Shown piece after piece: positions 35,931 through 46,806 of a DNA stretch of 64,000 nt (positions are counted from its first letter, which is position 1; the number at the start of each line of letters is the position of its first letter). Below the pieces are notes generated by a model, which saw only the letters and a list, made by a program, of their open reading frames with translations, was not told the origin of the DNA and did not search any database. A program made the translations under genes and the position numbers. This stretch comes from a virus, in IMG/VR virus record IMGVR_UViG_3300048014_000057, positions 64,001-128,000 of that record; one strand, given 5' to 3'.

Positions 35931-37307
35931 TTGTTTGAAAAGGTTATATTATCAAATCTCGCATATAACGATCAATATGCGAGAAAAGTTCTTCCTTATT
36001 TAAAAGGTGAATATTTTGAGGAAAAACATGATAAAATATTATTTGAAGTAATATCTGATTATATAGTAAAATATAATGGACTTCCTTCTCAAGAAGTATT
36101 GTTCATAGATTTACAAAATAAAGATAAAATTAATGATAAAGAGTTTGAAAAATGTAAGGAAGTTCTATTTGAATTAGAAGTAGATAAAAATTCCAAGATA
36201 GAATGGCTTTTTGATGAGACTGAAAAATATATTAAAAATAGAGCCATCTATCTTTCTCTCCTTAAATCAATTGAAATCTGTAATGATAAAGAAAATAAAT
36301 TAGACAGAGCATCTATACCACAAATTCTTACCGACGCAATCGCTATTTCATTTGATTCTCATATTGGTCATGATTTTATTGAGGATGCTGATAGTCGATT
36401 TGAATATTATCATAAATTTGAAGATAAAATTCCATTTGATATTGATATTCTTAATATTATTACAGGTGGCGGAGCATCTAATAAAACTCTTACCATTCTT
36501 TTAGCAGCACCGGGTACAGGAAAAACTGCTACTATGTGTCATTTTGCTGCCGATAATTTACGTCAAGGAAAAAATGTTTTATATATAACTCTTGAAATGT
36601 CAGAAGAAATGATATGTCAGAGAATAGATGAAAACCTTATGGATTTAGATGTTGATACTCTTCTTATGCTTCCCAAAGAAACTTTTCTAAGAAGAATAGA
36701 AAATTTAAAGAAAAAAACTCCTGGTAAATTAATTGTCAAGGAATATCCTACAAGACAAGCAGGATCGGCAAATTTTAGAGCTTTAATAAAAGAATTAAAA
36801 ATAAAAAAGAATTTTCTTCCTGACATAATTTATATTGATTATTTGAATATTTGTCTTGCGTCTACCTTAAAATTATCCAAGGCTTCTCTTTATGAATATG
36901 TAAAAGTAGTAGGAGAAGAGATTAGAGGTTTAGCCATAGAATTTAATCTTCCTATTATTTCTGCTTCTCAAATGAATAGAAGTTCAATTACTCTTTCATC
37001 ACCTGGAATGGATTCGGTAGCAGATAGTTTTGGTACTTCCATGACTGCCGATTATATATGGGCTTTGATAACTTCGGAAGAATTGGAAAGAGATTCACAG
37101 TTACAATTTACACAAGTTAAAAATCGTTATCATGATATTAACAAATATAAAAACTTTCTTGTGGGAGTCAATCGTGCTAAGATGCAATTATATAACGTGG
37201 GTAGATCGGAACAAAGTACATTATGTAAAAAAGAAGAAAATAGAATAAAAGAAGAACCTTTTATAACAAAAGAAATGAATGAGTTAGAAGATGATATTTT
37301 TAATTAA
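35931..37307 (+). CDS. gp41: Replicative DNA helicase
   Basis: SFDSHIGHD, APGTGKT, YITLEM, KEYPT, IDYLNI, SASQ.NR, KNRY. Confidence 0.95.
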   Translation: MFEKVILSNLAYNDQYARKVLPYLKGEYFEEKHDKILFEVISDYIVKYNGLPSQEVLFIDLQNKDKINDKEFEKCKEVLFELEVDKNSKIEWLFDETEKYIKNRAIYLSLLKSIEICNDKENKLDRASIPQILTDAIAISFDSHIGHDFIEDADSRFEYYHKFEDKIPFDIDILNIITGGGASNKTLTILLAAPGTGKTATMCHFAADNLRQGKNVLYITLEMSEEMICQRIDENLMDLDVDTLLMLPKETFLRRIENLKKKTPGKLIVKEYPTRQAGSANFRALIKELKIKKNFLPDIIYIDYLNICLASTLKLSKASLYEYVKVVGEEIRGLAIEFNLPIISASQMNRSSITLSSPGMDSVADSFGTSMTADYIWALITSEELERDSQLQFTQVKNRYHDINKYKNFLVGVNRAKMQLYNVGRSEQSTLCKKEENRIKEEPFITKEMNELEDDIFN

Positions 37308-37320
37308 TGAAAGGTATAAA

Positions 37321-37635
37321 ATGTTTAAGATAAAAGACGAAGAAATTGTTAATGATTTATTAAAAATATTAGAATTAATTTCTGATATAAATTTTTGGAC
37401 TCAAGACTCAATTGCGAAAGATGAAAATGATAATAGACTTTATGATCCATATGATAAAAATGCCAAAAAATATTGTTTATTAGGAGCATGTTATTTTCTT
37501 GAAATAAAAGAAAAAACTAAACAATATATACAAGAAAAATCAAATGATCTTGGATATTATGATATGACATCCTTAAATGATCAAAATAATCATAAATTTG
37601 TTATTACCTTTATAATTAATTTATTAAAAAAATAA
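37321..37635 (+). CDS. Hypothetical phage protein
   Basis: WTQ...A.D, CLLGA, ND...H motifs; SD AAGG before 37321. Confidence 0.65.
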   Translation: MFKIKDEEIVNDLLKILELISDINFWTQDSIAKDENDNRLYDPYDKNAKKYCLLGACYFLEIKEKTKQYIQEKSNDLGYYDMTSLNDQNNHKFVITFIINLLKK

Positions 37636-37684
37636 AATTTTAATGTTTATAAATTAAAAAAGTTTTCGAAGAAAGGTTAAAAAG

Positions 37685-38203
37685 ATGAGTAAAATATTTA
37701 TAATTTCTGATACACATTTCGGGCATTCTGCTATAATTAAATTATGTAATCGTCCATTTAAAGATAAAGATGAAATGGATAATACTATGATTAATAACTG
37801 GAATTCAGTAGTGGGTTTTGATGATATTGTAATTCATCTTGGTGATTTTATGTATTATAAACAAGATACAGGAATATTTGAGAAATTAAAAGGTCATAAA
37901 ATATTAATTAAAGGGAATCATGATCATTCTGTAACAAAAAATATGAATTGGCAATCTGTTCATGATTATTTAGAAATAAATCAGTTTATAAATGGTTCTA
38001 TAAAAAACTTTATTTTATTTCATTATCCAATTTTTGAATGGAATAAAAAATTTCATGGTTCTATTCATTTATATGGTCATATTCATAATAATGTAATGAA
38101 CGAAAAAAATGCATATAATGTATGTGTGGAACATACAAACTATACACCACAAAGTTTAGATATTTTCAATAAAATTGAAATAAAAGAAAAGGAAAAAGAA
38201 TAA
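37685..38203 (+). CDS. Metallophosphoesterase
   Basis: SDTHFGH, HLGDF, GNHD, HYP, GHIH. Confidence 0.88.
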   Translation: MSKIFIISDTHFGHSAIIKLCNRPFKDKDEMDNTMINNWNSVVGFDDIVIHLGDFMYYKQDTGIFEKLKGHKILIKGNHDHSVTKNMNWQSVHDYLEINQFINGSIKNFILFHYPIFEWNKKFHGSIHLYGHIHNNVMNEKNAYNVCVEHTNYTPQSLDIFNKIEIKEKEKE

Positions 38204-38649
38204 TGAATCTTCAAGAAAATACACCAAGAGATACTTTAGATGCTGTTGATGAATTTAATCTTAATTCTATAAAAGATGCTATAAATACATTTAATATTAA
38301 ACAAGGTTGGAGAAATAAATCCAATGAAATTAAAGAAGTATTATTAAATAATGCTCCACATTTAATTTCCGCCTTTGAAAATTATTTGATTGGTACTATG
38401 ATTGCTTTAATCATGTCAGAATTAGGCGAAGCACTAGAAGCTGCAAGAAAAAATTTAAATGATGATCATCTTCCTCATAGAAAAGGATTAGAAGTTGAAT
38501 TGGCAGATGCGGTTATTAGAATTTTTGATATGGCGGGATATTTAGGTTTAGATATTGGTGCTGCTATTGTTGAAAAAGATCAATATAATCGTCATCGTCA
38601 AGATCATAAAATTACCAATAGAGAAAAAGATGGTGGAAAAAAGTTTTAG
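38203..38649 (+). CDS. MazG-like NTP pyrophosphohydrolase
   Basis: ALIMSELGEALEA.RK, EVELADAVIRIFD, K..YN..R.DH. Confidence 0.85.
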   Translation: MNLQENTPRDTLDAVDEFNLNSIKDAINTFNIKQGWRNKSNEIKEVLLNNAPHLISAFENYLIGTMIALIMSELGEALEAARKNLNDDHLPHRKGLEVELADAVIRIFDMAGYLGLDIGAAIVEKDQYNRHRQDHKITNREKDGGKKF

Positions 38650-38658
38650 GAGTATAAT

Positions 38659-39381
38659 ATGTCAGAAGGTATTTCATTTATAATTCCAGCATATAATGAA
38701 GAAAAATTAATTTCTGATTGTATAATATCTATATATGCAGAAATTTTAAGATTTGATATTAATTTTAATTTTGTTGAAATTATAGTAGTTGATAATAATT
38801 CAACAGACAGAACAAAAGAAATTGCTGAAAATTGTGGTGCAAAGGTTATTTCCTGTATAAATAAAGGAGTAACTTTTGCCAGACAAGCTGGGTTTAAAAA
38901 TGCTAAGTATGAATATCAAGCCTATATTGATGCTGATAATAAAATACCTTTAGGATGGTTAAAAAATTTAAAATATATTCGTAATTCAAATACAGTTGCT
39001 ATTTCTGGTCCTATTGTTTTTGAAGATTATAATAATTTATTTAAATTTTGTGGAAAAATATTTTATTTAATTAATATTATAATGCATAAATTAATAGGTC
39101 CAAGCATTCAAGGTGGTAATTTTATTGTTCGTAAATCTGCTCTTGAAAAAATTGGTGGACATTCAACAAATATCTCCTTTTATGGAGAAGATACAGATTT
39201 GGCAGCAAGATTATCAAAAGTAGGAAAAGTAAAACTTATTCCTTCTATGTGGATTTATTCTTCTTCACGGAGATTTAAAAATGAAGGAATTATAAAAACT
39301 ATGTATAAATATATTCTTAATTATTTTTCTGTATCTTTATTAAATAAACCCTTGACAAAAGAATATAAAGACTACCGATGA
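38659..39381 (+). CDS. GT2 family glycosyltransferase
   Basis: IIPAYNEE, VVDNNSTDRT, ARQ.G, IDAD, GEDTD, S.RRF. Confidence 0.9.
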   Translation: MSEGISFIIPAYNEEKLISDCIISIYAEILRFDINFNFVEIIVVDNNSTDRTKEIAENCGAKVISCINKGVTFARQAGFKNAKYEYQAYIDADNKIPLGWLKNLKYIRNSNTVAISGPIVFEDYNNLFKFCGKIFYLINIIMHKLIGPSIQGGNFIVRKSALEKIGGHSTNISFYGEDTDLAARLSKVGKVKLIPSMWIYSSSRRFKNEGIIKTMYKYILNYFSVSLLNKPLTKEYKDYR

Positions 39382-40097
39382 AAAATAATTATCATACAAT
39401 TTTTATTTCTGATGTACATCTAGGAATGAGATTTATTGATTCTTCTAAACTATTGAAATTTTTGAGAAATTCAAATTCCTCTAGGATTTTTATTGTAGGA
39501 GATTTTATTGATGGATGGGCTCTTTCTTCATCTTGGAATTGGCCTGATATAAATTCTAAAATAATAAAAGAAATATATAATAAATCTTCCCATGGAACCG
39601 AAATAATAATTGTTGCAGGTAATCATGACGAATTTTTAAGAAATTATGTTGGAATTTCTTTTGGTAACATAAAAATTGTAGATAAATACATATATAAAGC
39701 AATGAATGAAAAAAGTTATTTAATTATTCATGGTGACTTATTTGATTCGGTTATTCGATATGCAAAATGGTTAGTATTTCTTTCAGATCATCTTTATAAT
39801 TTAGTTTTTATGATTAATTATGTATTGACTAAAATTCCAAAAAATCATTGGTCTCTTTCTCAGTGGTGTAAAAATTCTGTAAAATCAGTTCTTAATTTTA
39901 TTACACATTTTGAAAATATACTATGTAAAGAAGCTGAATTAAATAAATGTGACGGTGTAATTTGTGGTCATATTCATAAAGCTGATATTAAAAAAATAAA
40001 TGAAATAGAATATATGAATTGTGGAGATTGGGTAGAATCTCATAATTGTTTAGTAGAAGATTTTGAAGGTAATTTTAAAATAATTAATTTTAAATGA
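39378..40097 (+). CDS. PlcP/LpxH-like metallophosphoesterase (phospholipase C-like)
   Basis: TIFISDVHLG, VGD.IDGW, W.WP, GNHDEFLR, HGD.FD.V, WSLS.W.K..VK, CGHIH, NCGDWVES. Confidence 0.85.
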   Translation: MKNNYHTIFISDVHLGMRFIDSSKLLKFLRNSNSSRIFIVGDFIDGWALSSSWNWPDINSKIIKEIYNKSSHGTEIIIVAGNHDEFLRNYVGISFGNIKIVDKYIYKAMNEKSYLIIHGDLFDSVIRYAKWLVFLSDHLYNLVFMINYVLTKIPKNHWSLSQWCKNSVKSVLNFITHFENILCKEAELNKCDGVICGHIHKADIKKINEIEYMNCGDWVESHNCLVEDFEGNFKIINFK

Positions 40098-40104
40098 GAT
40101 AGTT

Positions 40105-41547
40105 ATGTTTGATGAAAATTTAAAGAATTGGATTAAAGAAAATTGTTTTTCTATTAAAGGAAGTTTGAATAATAGAATTTCCTTTTTGTCTTGGTGGAAA
40201 AATAAATGTGTAGAAGAATACTTAGAAAAAATTATAGAACAAACTTCATTTTTAGAAACAGATAATATTACACAAAGAATTTATCATATTTTAAATGATA
40301 TTAAAAGCATTCCATTATGCAAGCATTGTGGAGTCAAGGAAAATAATTTTAAACAATTTAAGTCTGGTTATTTTGATTACTGTTCTTTATATTGCTCTAC
40401 CCAATCAGAAGAACGTAATAAAAAAATTGGCAAAAACCGTGATATGGTTTCTATCATAGAAAAGACTAAAAAAACAAATTTAGAGAAATATGGTGTAGAA
40501 TTATATTATCAGACAGAAGAATTTAAACGAAAATCTGCTCAGTCTAAATTAGAACGTTATGGAAATTGTCAATACAATAATTTAGAACAAAATAAAAAAA
40601 CTTGCATTGAAAAATATGGAATAGAAACACTATTTAATAATTCTGAATTTCAAACAAGAATACAAAGAATAAAATTAGAAAAATTTCCAGATGGAATTAT
40701 AAATTGGGGCAGAAAATCTAAACCAGAAAAAGAGATTAAAGAATTTCTAAATCAATATGGTAATTTTAACACAAATAGAAAATTACTAGATGGACTGGAA
40801 ATAGATGCTTATTCGGAAGAGCTAAATTTGGGTGTTGAATATTGTGGACTTTATTGGCATTCCGAAGAATTTAAAGAAAACAATTATCATTATAAAAAAT
40901 ATATTAGTTGTAAAGAAAAAAATATAAAGTTAATAACTATTTTTGAAGATGAGTGGATATATAGAAAAGATCAAGTTCTACAATTTCTTAAGGCAAATTT
41001 AGGTATTTTTGAAAAAAGAATATTTGCAAGAAAATGTAAATTTATTCAATTAGAGGATAAAAGATATGATTTTTTTGATAAATACCATATACAAGGATCA
41101 CCTTCTAATATAAAATATTCTTTTGGTTTAGAATATGAGGATGAATTAGTCGGTTTAGTATCTTTTGCAAATCATCATAGAGATAATGTTAAATTAGTTC
41201 TTAATCGACTTACATTTAAAGATGGATATCAAATAATTGGTGGTGCCTCAAGATTAATAAAAAACTCTTTGGAAAGATTAAATCAGGAAATCATTACTTG
41301 GTCTGATAATAGATGGTCTACAGGAAAAATTTATGAAAATTCTGGATTTATTCTAGATGAAAATTTAGCTCCTGATTATTCTTATGTATTAAAAGACAAT
41401 ACCTTTAGAAGACAATCTAAACAAACAAGTAAAAAATCAAATTTTAATATACCTCCCGAAATCACAGAACATGAATATTTCTATAATAAAGGAATTTATA
41501 GAATTTATGATTGTGGCAAAATAAGATGGAAATATAACAAAAAATAA
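40105..41547 (+). mobile_element. Free-standing homing-endonuclease-like gene (Hef-like, PD-(D/E)xK plus C-terminal domain), copy 1
   Basis: KT.LEKYG repeats, EID.Y......EY.GLYWHS, IFEDEW, FARKC, GGASRL, IYDCG. Confidence 0.75.
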
Positions 41548-41565
41548 GAAAGGAAAATAATATAA

Positions 41566-43593
41566 ATGGAAATTAAATTAACTGCCGAAGACCTAGCCAA
41601 AAAGAAATTATTTATAGCTACACCTATGTACGGGGGTTTGTGTGCTGGTATGTACACTAAATCTATGTGTGATTTATCGGCTGTTTGTACTAGATATAAC
41701 ATAGAACTACAATATTTTGCTTTGTTTAATGAAAGTTTGATCACACGCGCTCGCAACTATTGTGTAGATGAATTTCTTAGATCAAAAATGGATTATCTTT
41801 TATTTCTTGATGCCGATATTGGGTTTGATCCTGGTGATATTATTGCTATGATGGGTTTGATGACACTAGAATCTCCTTATGATGTCCTATGTGCGCCTTA
41901 TCCAAAAAAATCGTACGATAAAGATACACCAATTCTTACAGAAGATGGTATTAAAAAAGTAGAGTGGATTGTTAAAAACAAATATTCTGGAAAAGTTATG
42001 TCTTACTCTTCTGAAAGAGGATTTGAATGGCAGCCTGTAATTAATTGGTTTGAATCTTTTGATCCTAATAAAAAATGGGTTAAATTATATTATCAAGGTG
42101 GTTCTAGTAATGGTAAATCTTTAACACTTACTCATGATCATGATTGTATGTTTATTAAAGATATTATGAATCCTTTAATAGAAAAATTACCAGCAGAAGT
42201 AGGTAAAAATAAATGGGCAGTTAGTAGACCAGTAAATAGAATTAATCCTTTATATACTAAAGATCAATTGTCATTTTTAATTGGTACGCTTTTAGGAGAT
42301 GCAACACTTTCTAAAAAAGAACAAAGATTATCAATTGAACATGGATCAAAACAAAAAGAATATTTAGAATTAAAGCAAAAAATATTTGGTGGTGAAATTA
42401 CAGGACCTTATACTACTAATAAAAATGGAACAACATGGCATTTAACATCACCTGTAAATGCACAAACTAGATATATAAGGAATATTTTATATGAAAATGG
42501 TAAAAAAACAGTAAAAAATATTTTGAAATATGTAGACGAAAAATCTTTAGCATTTTGGATATTAGATGATGGTTGTCTTCATAATAATAATGGGAAATAT
42601 TCTCCATATTACAGAATTTCTACAGAAGGATTTTCAGATGAAGATCAATATTTACTTGTAGATTTTTTAAAAGAAAAATGGGATATTGAAGCATCTATTG
42701 TAAAAAATGGTAAATATAATTGTTTATATATTAATACAATTGATAGTAAAAAAGTTTTTGATCTTATTTCTCCCTATATACCAGATTGTATGAAATATAA
42801 AATTCCAGAAAAATATCATTATGTAGAAAAATATATTTTTAATGGAGAATTTTTAAATTATGGAGCTTCTTTAGTAAAAGAAGTTAAATGGTTAAATGAT
42901 GAAAAAAGAAGAAATCAATATGATATTACTGTAGATGTAAATCATAATTTCGTTACAAAAAATATTACAATTTTTCAATGCATCAGTTGGGAAAAGATTG
43001 TTCAGGCGGTAAACAAAGGAATGGCAGATGAAAATCCTAATGTTCTGGATAAGTATGTTGGAGATTTCGTTTTTAATCCAAAATCAGGACAATCCCAAAT
43101 TCCCATTAATAAGCCTTGTGAAATTTTAGAAGGTGGAACAGGATTTATGATGATTCGTCGCGCTACTTTTGAAAAATTTCAAGAAGCATTTCCTCATTAT
43201 ATGTATCGTCCTGATCATGTAAGAACTGCACATTTTGATGGTTCTCGGCAGATTTGTCAATTTTTTCAGGCTGAAATTGATGCTCCTGATGCTGTATTAT
43301 TAAAAGAAAGAATTAAAAAAATTTTTGATAATGGTGGATCAAAAGAAGATATACAAAAAGAAGTTAATGATTTTGAAAAGAAATTATCTACAGCTTCTAA
43401 TCGTTATCTAAGTGAGGATTATTTTTTTTCGCAAAAGATACAAGAATTAGGTATGAAGATTTGGTTATGCCCTTGGATGAAGACAACTCACATGGGAAAC
43501 ATGATATATGGGGGAAGTTTAGCAGATTTAGCAAGTATAGGTGCCTCGCCAACCGCTGAAATTTCATTATTGAAAAAAGAAAAAGCTAAATAA
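41566..43593 (+). CDS. Conserved T4-like GT-A-fold glycosyltransferase-like protein containing an intein
   Basis: LFIATPMYGG, NESLITRARN, FLDADI, YPKK|intein|CISWEK, GTGFMMIRR, YLSEDYFF, IWLCPW. Confidence 0.82.
   Translation: MEIKLTAEDLAKKKLFIATPMYGGLCAGMYTKSMCDLSAVCTRYNIELQYFALFNESLITRARNYCVDEFLRSKMDYLLFLDADIGFDPGDIIAMMGLMTLESPYDVLCAPYPKKSYDKDTPILTEDGIKKVEWIVKNKYSGKVMSYSSERGFEWQPVINWFESFDPNKKWVKLYYQGGSSNGKSLTLTHDHDCMFIKDIMNPLIEKLPAEVGKNKWAVSRPVNRINPLYTKDQLSFLIGTLLGDATLSKKEQRLSIEHGSKQKEYLELKQKIFGGEITGPYTTNKNGTTWHLTSPVNAQTRYIRNILYENGKKTVKNILKYVDEKSLAFWILDDGCLHNNNGKYSPYYRISTEGFSDEDQYLLVDFLKEKWDIEASIVKNGKYNCLYINTIDSKKVFDLISPYIPDCMKYKIPEKYHYVEKYIFNGEFLNYGASLVKEVKWLNDEKRRNQYDITVDVNHNFVTKNITIFQCISWEKIVQAVNKGMADENPNVLDKYVGDFVFNPKSGQSQIPINKPCEILEGGTGFMMIRRATFEKFQEAFPHYMYRPDHVRTAHFDGSRQICQFFQAEIDAPDAVLLKERIKKIFDNGGSKEDIQKEVNDFEKKLSTASNRYLSEDYFFSQKIQELGMKIWLCPWMKTTHMGNMIYGGSLADLASIGASPTAEISLLKKEKAK
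41911..42978 (+). mobile_element. Intein (356 aa) with LAGLIDADG endonuclease; Ser1, C-terminal Phe-Gln
   Basis: SYDKDTPILTEDG, LTHDH (block B), GTLLGDA, AFWILDDG, QYDITVDVNHNFVTKNITIFQ|C. Confidence 0.88.
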
Positions 43594-43630
43594 ATCAATA
43601 ACTTAGCTTAAAAAATGAAAGAAATATATT

Positions 43631-45124
43631 ATGTTAAAAGGGCAAGGACAATCCAAAGAATATGAAATATTTGACTCTAATAAAAATATTTCATATTCAA
43701 TAAAAAATCTTGCAAATTTTTGTAGAGAAAATAATCTTTCTGAAATTTGTATGAGAGATGTTTCTAAAGGAAGATCAATGCAACATAAAGGGTTTTATTG
43801 TAAAGATAAAACCTCAGATATTAATCTTTTAGAAATACATAAAAATAGATTATTCTTATTAGAACCAAGAATAAAAATAACCAAAACAAAAAAAGAAAGA
43901 TATAATCAATCTGATTTATATTATGATTTTTTAAATAATGTAGAGAAATATTATAATGATCTACATATTGATAAAAAACTATCATGTCAAAAGATAGCTG
44001 AATTATTAGGATCAAATGACGAGAGTATTAGATTAGCATTTAAAAAATTGAATTTAGAATTAAAAAATTATAAGTATAATTCTGGAAAAAAAAATTATGA
44101 AATAAAAAATTTTACAGAAAAACAAAAATTACTAGCAGATAACTTTCAAGAAATTTTTAATAAAGAACATTTTGATAATAAACTGAGTATTAATTCTATT
44201 GCCAAAAAGTATGAATTTACTCCCATGACTATATTTAATTATTGTAAAAAATATGAAATTAAATACGAAAGTAAAAATATATCATCTCCTCATTCGGCAA
44301 TTATTAATATATTAGATAATTATAATATAAATTATGAAAAAAATAATAGAATATTAATTAAACCACAAGAATTAGACATATATATTCCAGATTATAATTT
44401 TGCCATTGAAATAAATAGTCTTTATTGGCATTCAGAAGATAAAAAAGAAAAAAATTATCATTTGAATAAATTCGATATATGTAAAGAAAAAAATATTTTA
44501 TTATTACAATTTTGGGATATAGAAATTGATAATAAAGCTGATTTAGTAGAATCTATGATTTTATCTAAATTAGGAATATACAAAAAAATAATGGCAAGAA
44601 AATGTGAAATAAAAATATTAAATAATAATGATATTAAAGAATTTGAAAATAAAAATCATATACAAGGTTATAGATCAAGTAGTATAAACTATGGATTATT
44701 TTATAAAAATGAATTAGTTATGGTTATGACTTTCAATAAACATAATCAATATGATTTTGAAATAATTCGGTTGTGTTCTAAATCAAATCATACTATCCTA
44801 GGTGGATCAGAAAGATTATTTAAAAAATTTATTTCTGATTATAATCCTAATTCAATTTTATCCTTTTGTGATAAAAGATTATTTAATGGAAATGTATATA
44901 AAAAATTAGGTTTTAAATTAGAAAGAGAAACTTCACCTAATTATTGGTATTTTAATGATAGAGAATATATATTAAAATCGAGATTACAATTTCAAAAACA
45001 TAAATTATCTAAACTTGAAAATTTCGACCCTAATAAATCTGAAAGTGAAAATATGAGAAATAATAGATATTACAAAATTTATGATTGTGGAAATTATGTT
45101 TTTATATGGAGAAAAAATACATGA
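43631..45124 (+). mobile_element. Free-standing homing-endonuclease-like gene (Hef-like), copy 2
   Basis: N-terminal NL..FCRENNL and HTH-like repeats, ELDIYIP....AIEINSLYWHS, MARKC, GG.ERLF, IYDCG. Confidence 0.75.
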
Positions 45125-45786
45125 AAATTACCAAAGAATTTATTACAATTTTAAAGAATTTTTCTTCTATAAATCAAAATATGTTATTTGTTCCTGGAAA
45201 TAAACAAAGTATTATTTCGACTACAGGATCAATATTTTCACGAGCCAATACAGATGTTGAAATAGAAAAAGAATTTGCTATTTTTTCTCTATCAAAATTT
45301 ATTAATGTTCTTTCATTATTTGAAGAACCTAATATTGAAATTAATGAAAAAACTCTTACAATTAGTTCTGTAAATGGTGAAAAAAAATGTAAATATCAAT
45401 TAACTAATCCTGAATTTATTAAGTATGAAAAAGAACCTGACAAATATAATAAAATGCAGAAAGATTTTGAGGGTATTCAATTAAGATATTCTGATCTTTC
45501 TGATATAATAAAAATGGCGGATATTCTTGGTTCTGAATTTATAATATTTGAAGGTAAGAATAATGCAAATTTTCTTTCTATCATGAATTCTAATGATAAT
45601 GGTGATACCGCCGAAGTATGGATTGATATTCAGGGTGGAGAATTCAAGGCCGTTCTTCCTAGAAATATGTTAAATCTTATTAAGCAAGATTATGAGATTA
45701 ATATTTCTAAAAAAGGAGCTATACAATTTCATTCGAATATGATAGATTATTTTATGGCTCTTGATAAAGGAAAATCAGTTTTATGA
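45121..45786 (+). CDS. gp45: Sliding clamp
   Basis: MKI......ILKNFSSINQ, F.IF.L..F..VLSLF..P; precedes gp44. Confidence 0.9.
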   Translation: MKITKEFITILKNFSSINQNMLFVPGNKQSIISTTGSIFSRANTDVEIEKEFAIFSLSKFINVLSLFEEPNIEINEKTLTISSVNGEKKCKYQLTNPEFIKYEKEPDKYNKMQKDFEGIQLRYSDLSDIIKMADILGSEFIIFEGKNNANFLSIMNSNDNGDTAEVWIDIQGGEFKAVLPRNMLNLIKQDYEINISKKGAIQFHSNMIDYFMALDKGKSVL

Positions 45787-45854
45787 TACCTTTTTTTGTT
45801 GCTGTTTTTGTAATAATTATAATATTTTATATTTTGATAATTGAAGGTTAAAAA

Positions 45855-46805
45855 ATGACCAAAGAATATTGGAATTGGACAGAAAAATATCGTCCAAAAA
45901 AAGTTAATGATTGTATTTTAAAGAATAATATTAGAGAATTATTTTTAGGATTTCTAAAAGAAAAAAATGTTCCTAATTTAATTCTTTCTGGTTCTTCTGG
46001 TGTTGGTAAAACTTCTGTTGCTATTGCTTTATTAGAAGAATTAGATTGTGATTTTATCAAGATAAATGCCTCCTTAGAAAGAGGTATTGACGTAGTTAGA
46101 AACAAGATCATGGATTTTGCTTCCTCTATGTCTCTTAGGGAAGGAAGAAAATATATAATTCTTGATGAAGCCGATGGGATGAATGATTTTGCTCAAGAAT
46201 CTCTTAGAGCTTTAATAGAAGAATTTTCATTTAATGCAGGATTTATTATTACCTGTAACAATAAAGATAAAATTATTTCTGCTTTACATTCTAGATTTTC
46301 TCTTATTGATTTTAATATCAAAAAAGATGATATACGTTTATTAGGTACAGATTTTTTAAATACTGTTGAATATATATTAAATACAGAAAATATTAAATAT
46401 GACAAAAAAATTGTAGGAAAATATATTTTAAAATATTTTCCAGATTTTAGAAAAATTATCAATGAATTACAACTTTATTCTATACAAAATAAAGAAATTA
46501 ATTCTGGTATTTTAGCAATTAAAACTACCAAGGATTATTCTGATTTAATAGGATTTATTAAGTCGAAAAATTGGAATGGGATGAGAAAGTATGTAGGTGA
46601 AAATTCTGATTTAGTTTCTGATTTTAATGAATTTGGTAGAAAATTTTATTCTGAAATTAAAGATTTTATAGAAGAAAATTCTAGACCTTCTTATATATTA
46701 ATGTATAATGAGTATGATTATAAGATGCATTTTGTTATGGATAAAGAAATAAATGTTGTCGCTTTTCTTACAGAAATTATGTCTTCTGTTACTTGGAAAT
46801 TATAA
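45855..46805 (+). CDS. gp44: Clamp loader large subunit
   Basis: WTEKYRP, GSSGVGKT, INAS, ILDEAD, LHSRF, FPDFR. Confidence 0.95.
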   Translation: MTKEYWNWTEKYRPKKVNDCILKNNIRELFLGFLKEKNVPNLILSGSSGVGKTSVAIALLEELDCDFIKINASLERGIDVVRNKIMDFASSMSLREGRKYIILDEADGMNDFAQESLRALIEEFSFNAGFIITCNNKDKIISALHSRFSLIDFNIKKDDIRLLGTDFLNTVEYILNTENIKYDKKIVGKYILKYFPDFRKIINELQLYSIQNKEINSGILAIKTTKDYSDLIGFIKSKNWNGMRKYVGENSDLVSDFNEFGRKFYSEIKDFIEENSRPSYILMYNEYDYKMHFVMDKEINVVAFLTEIMSSVTWKL

Positions 46806-46806
46806 A

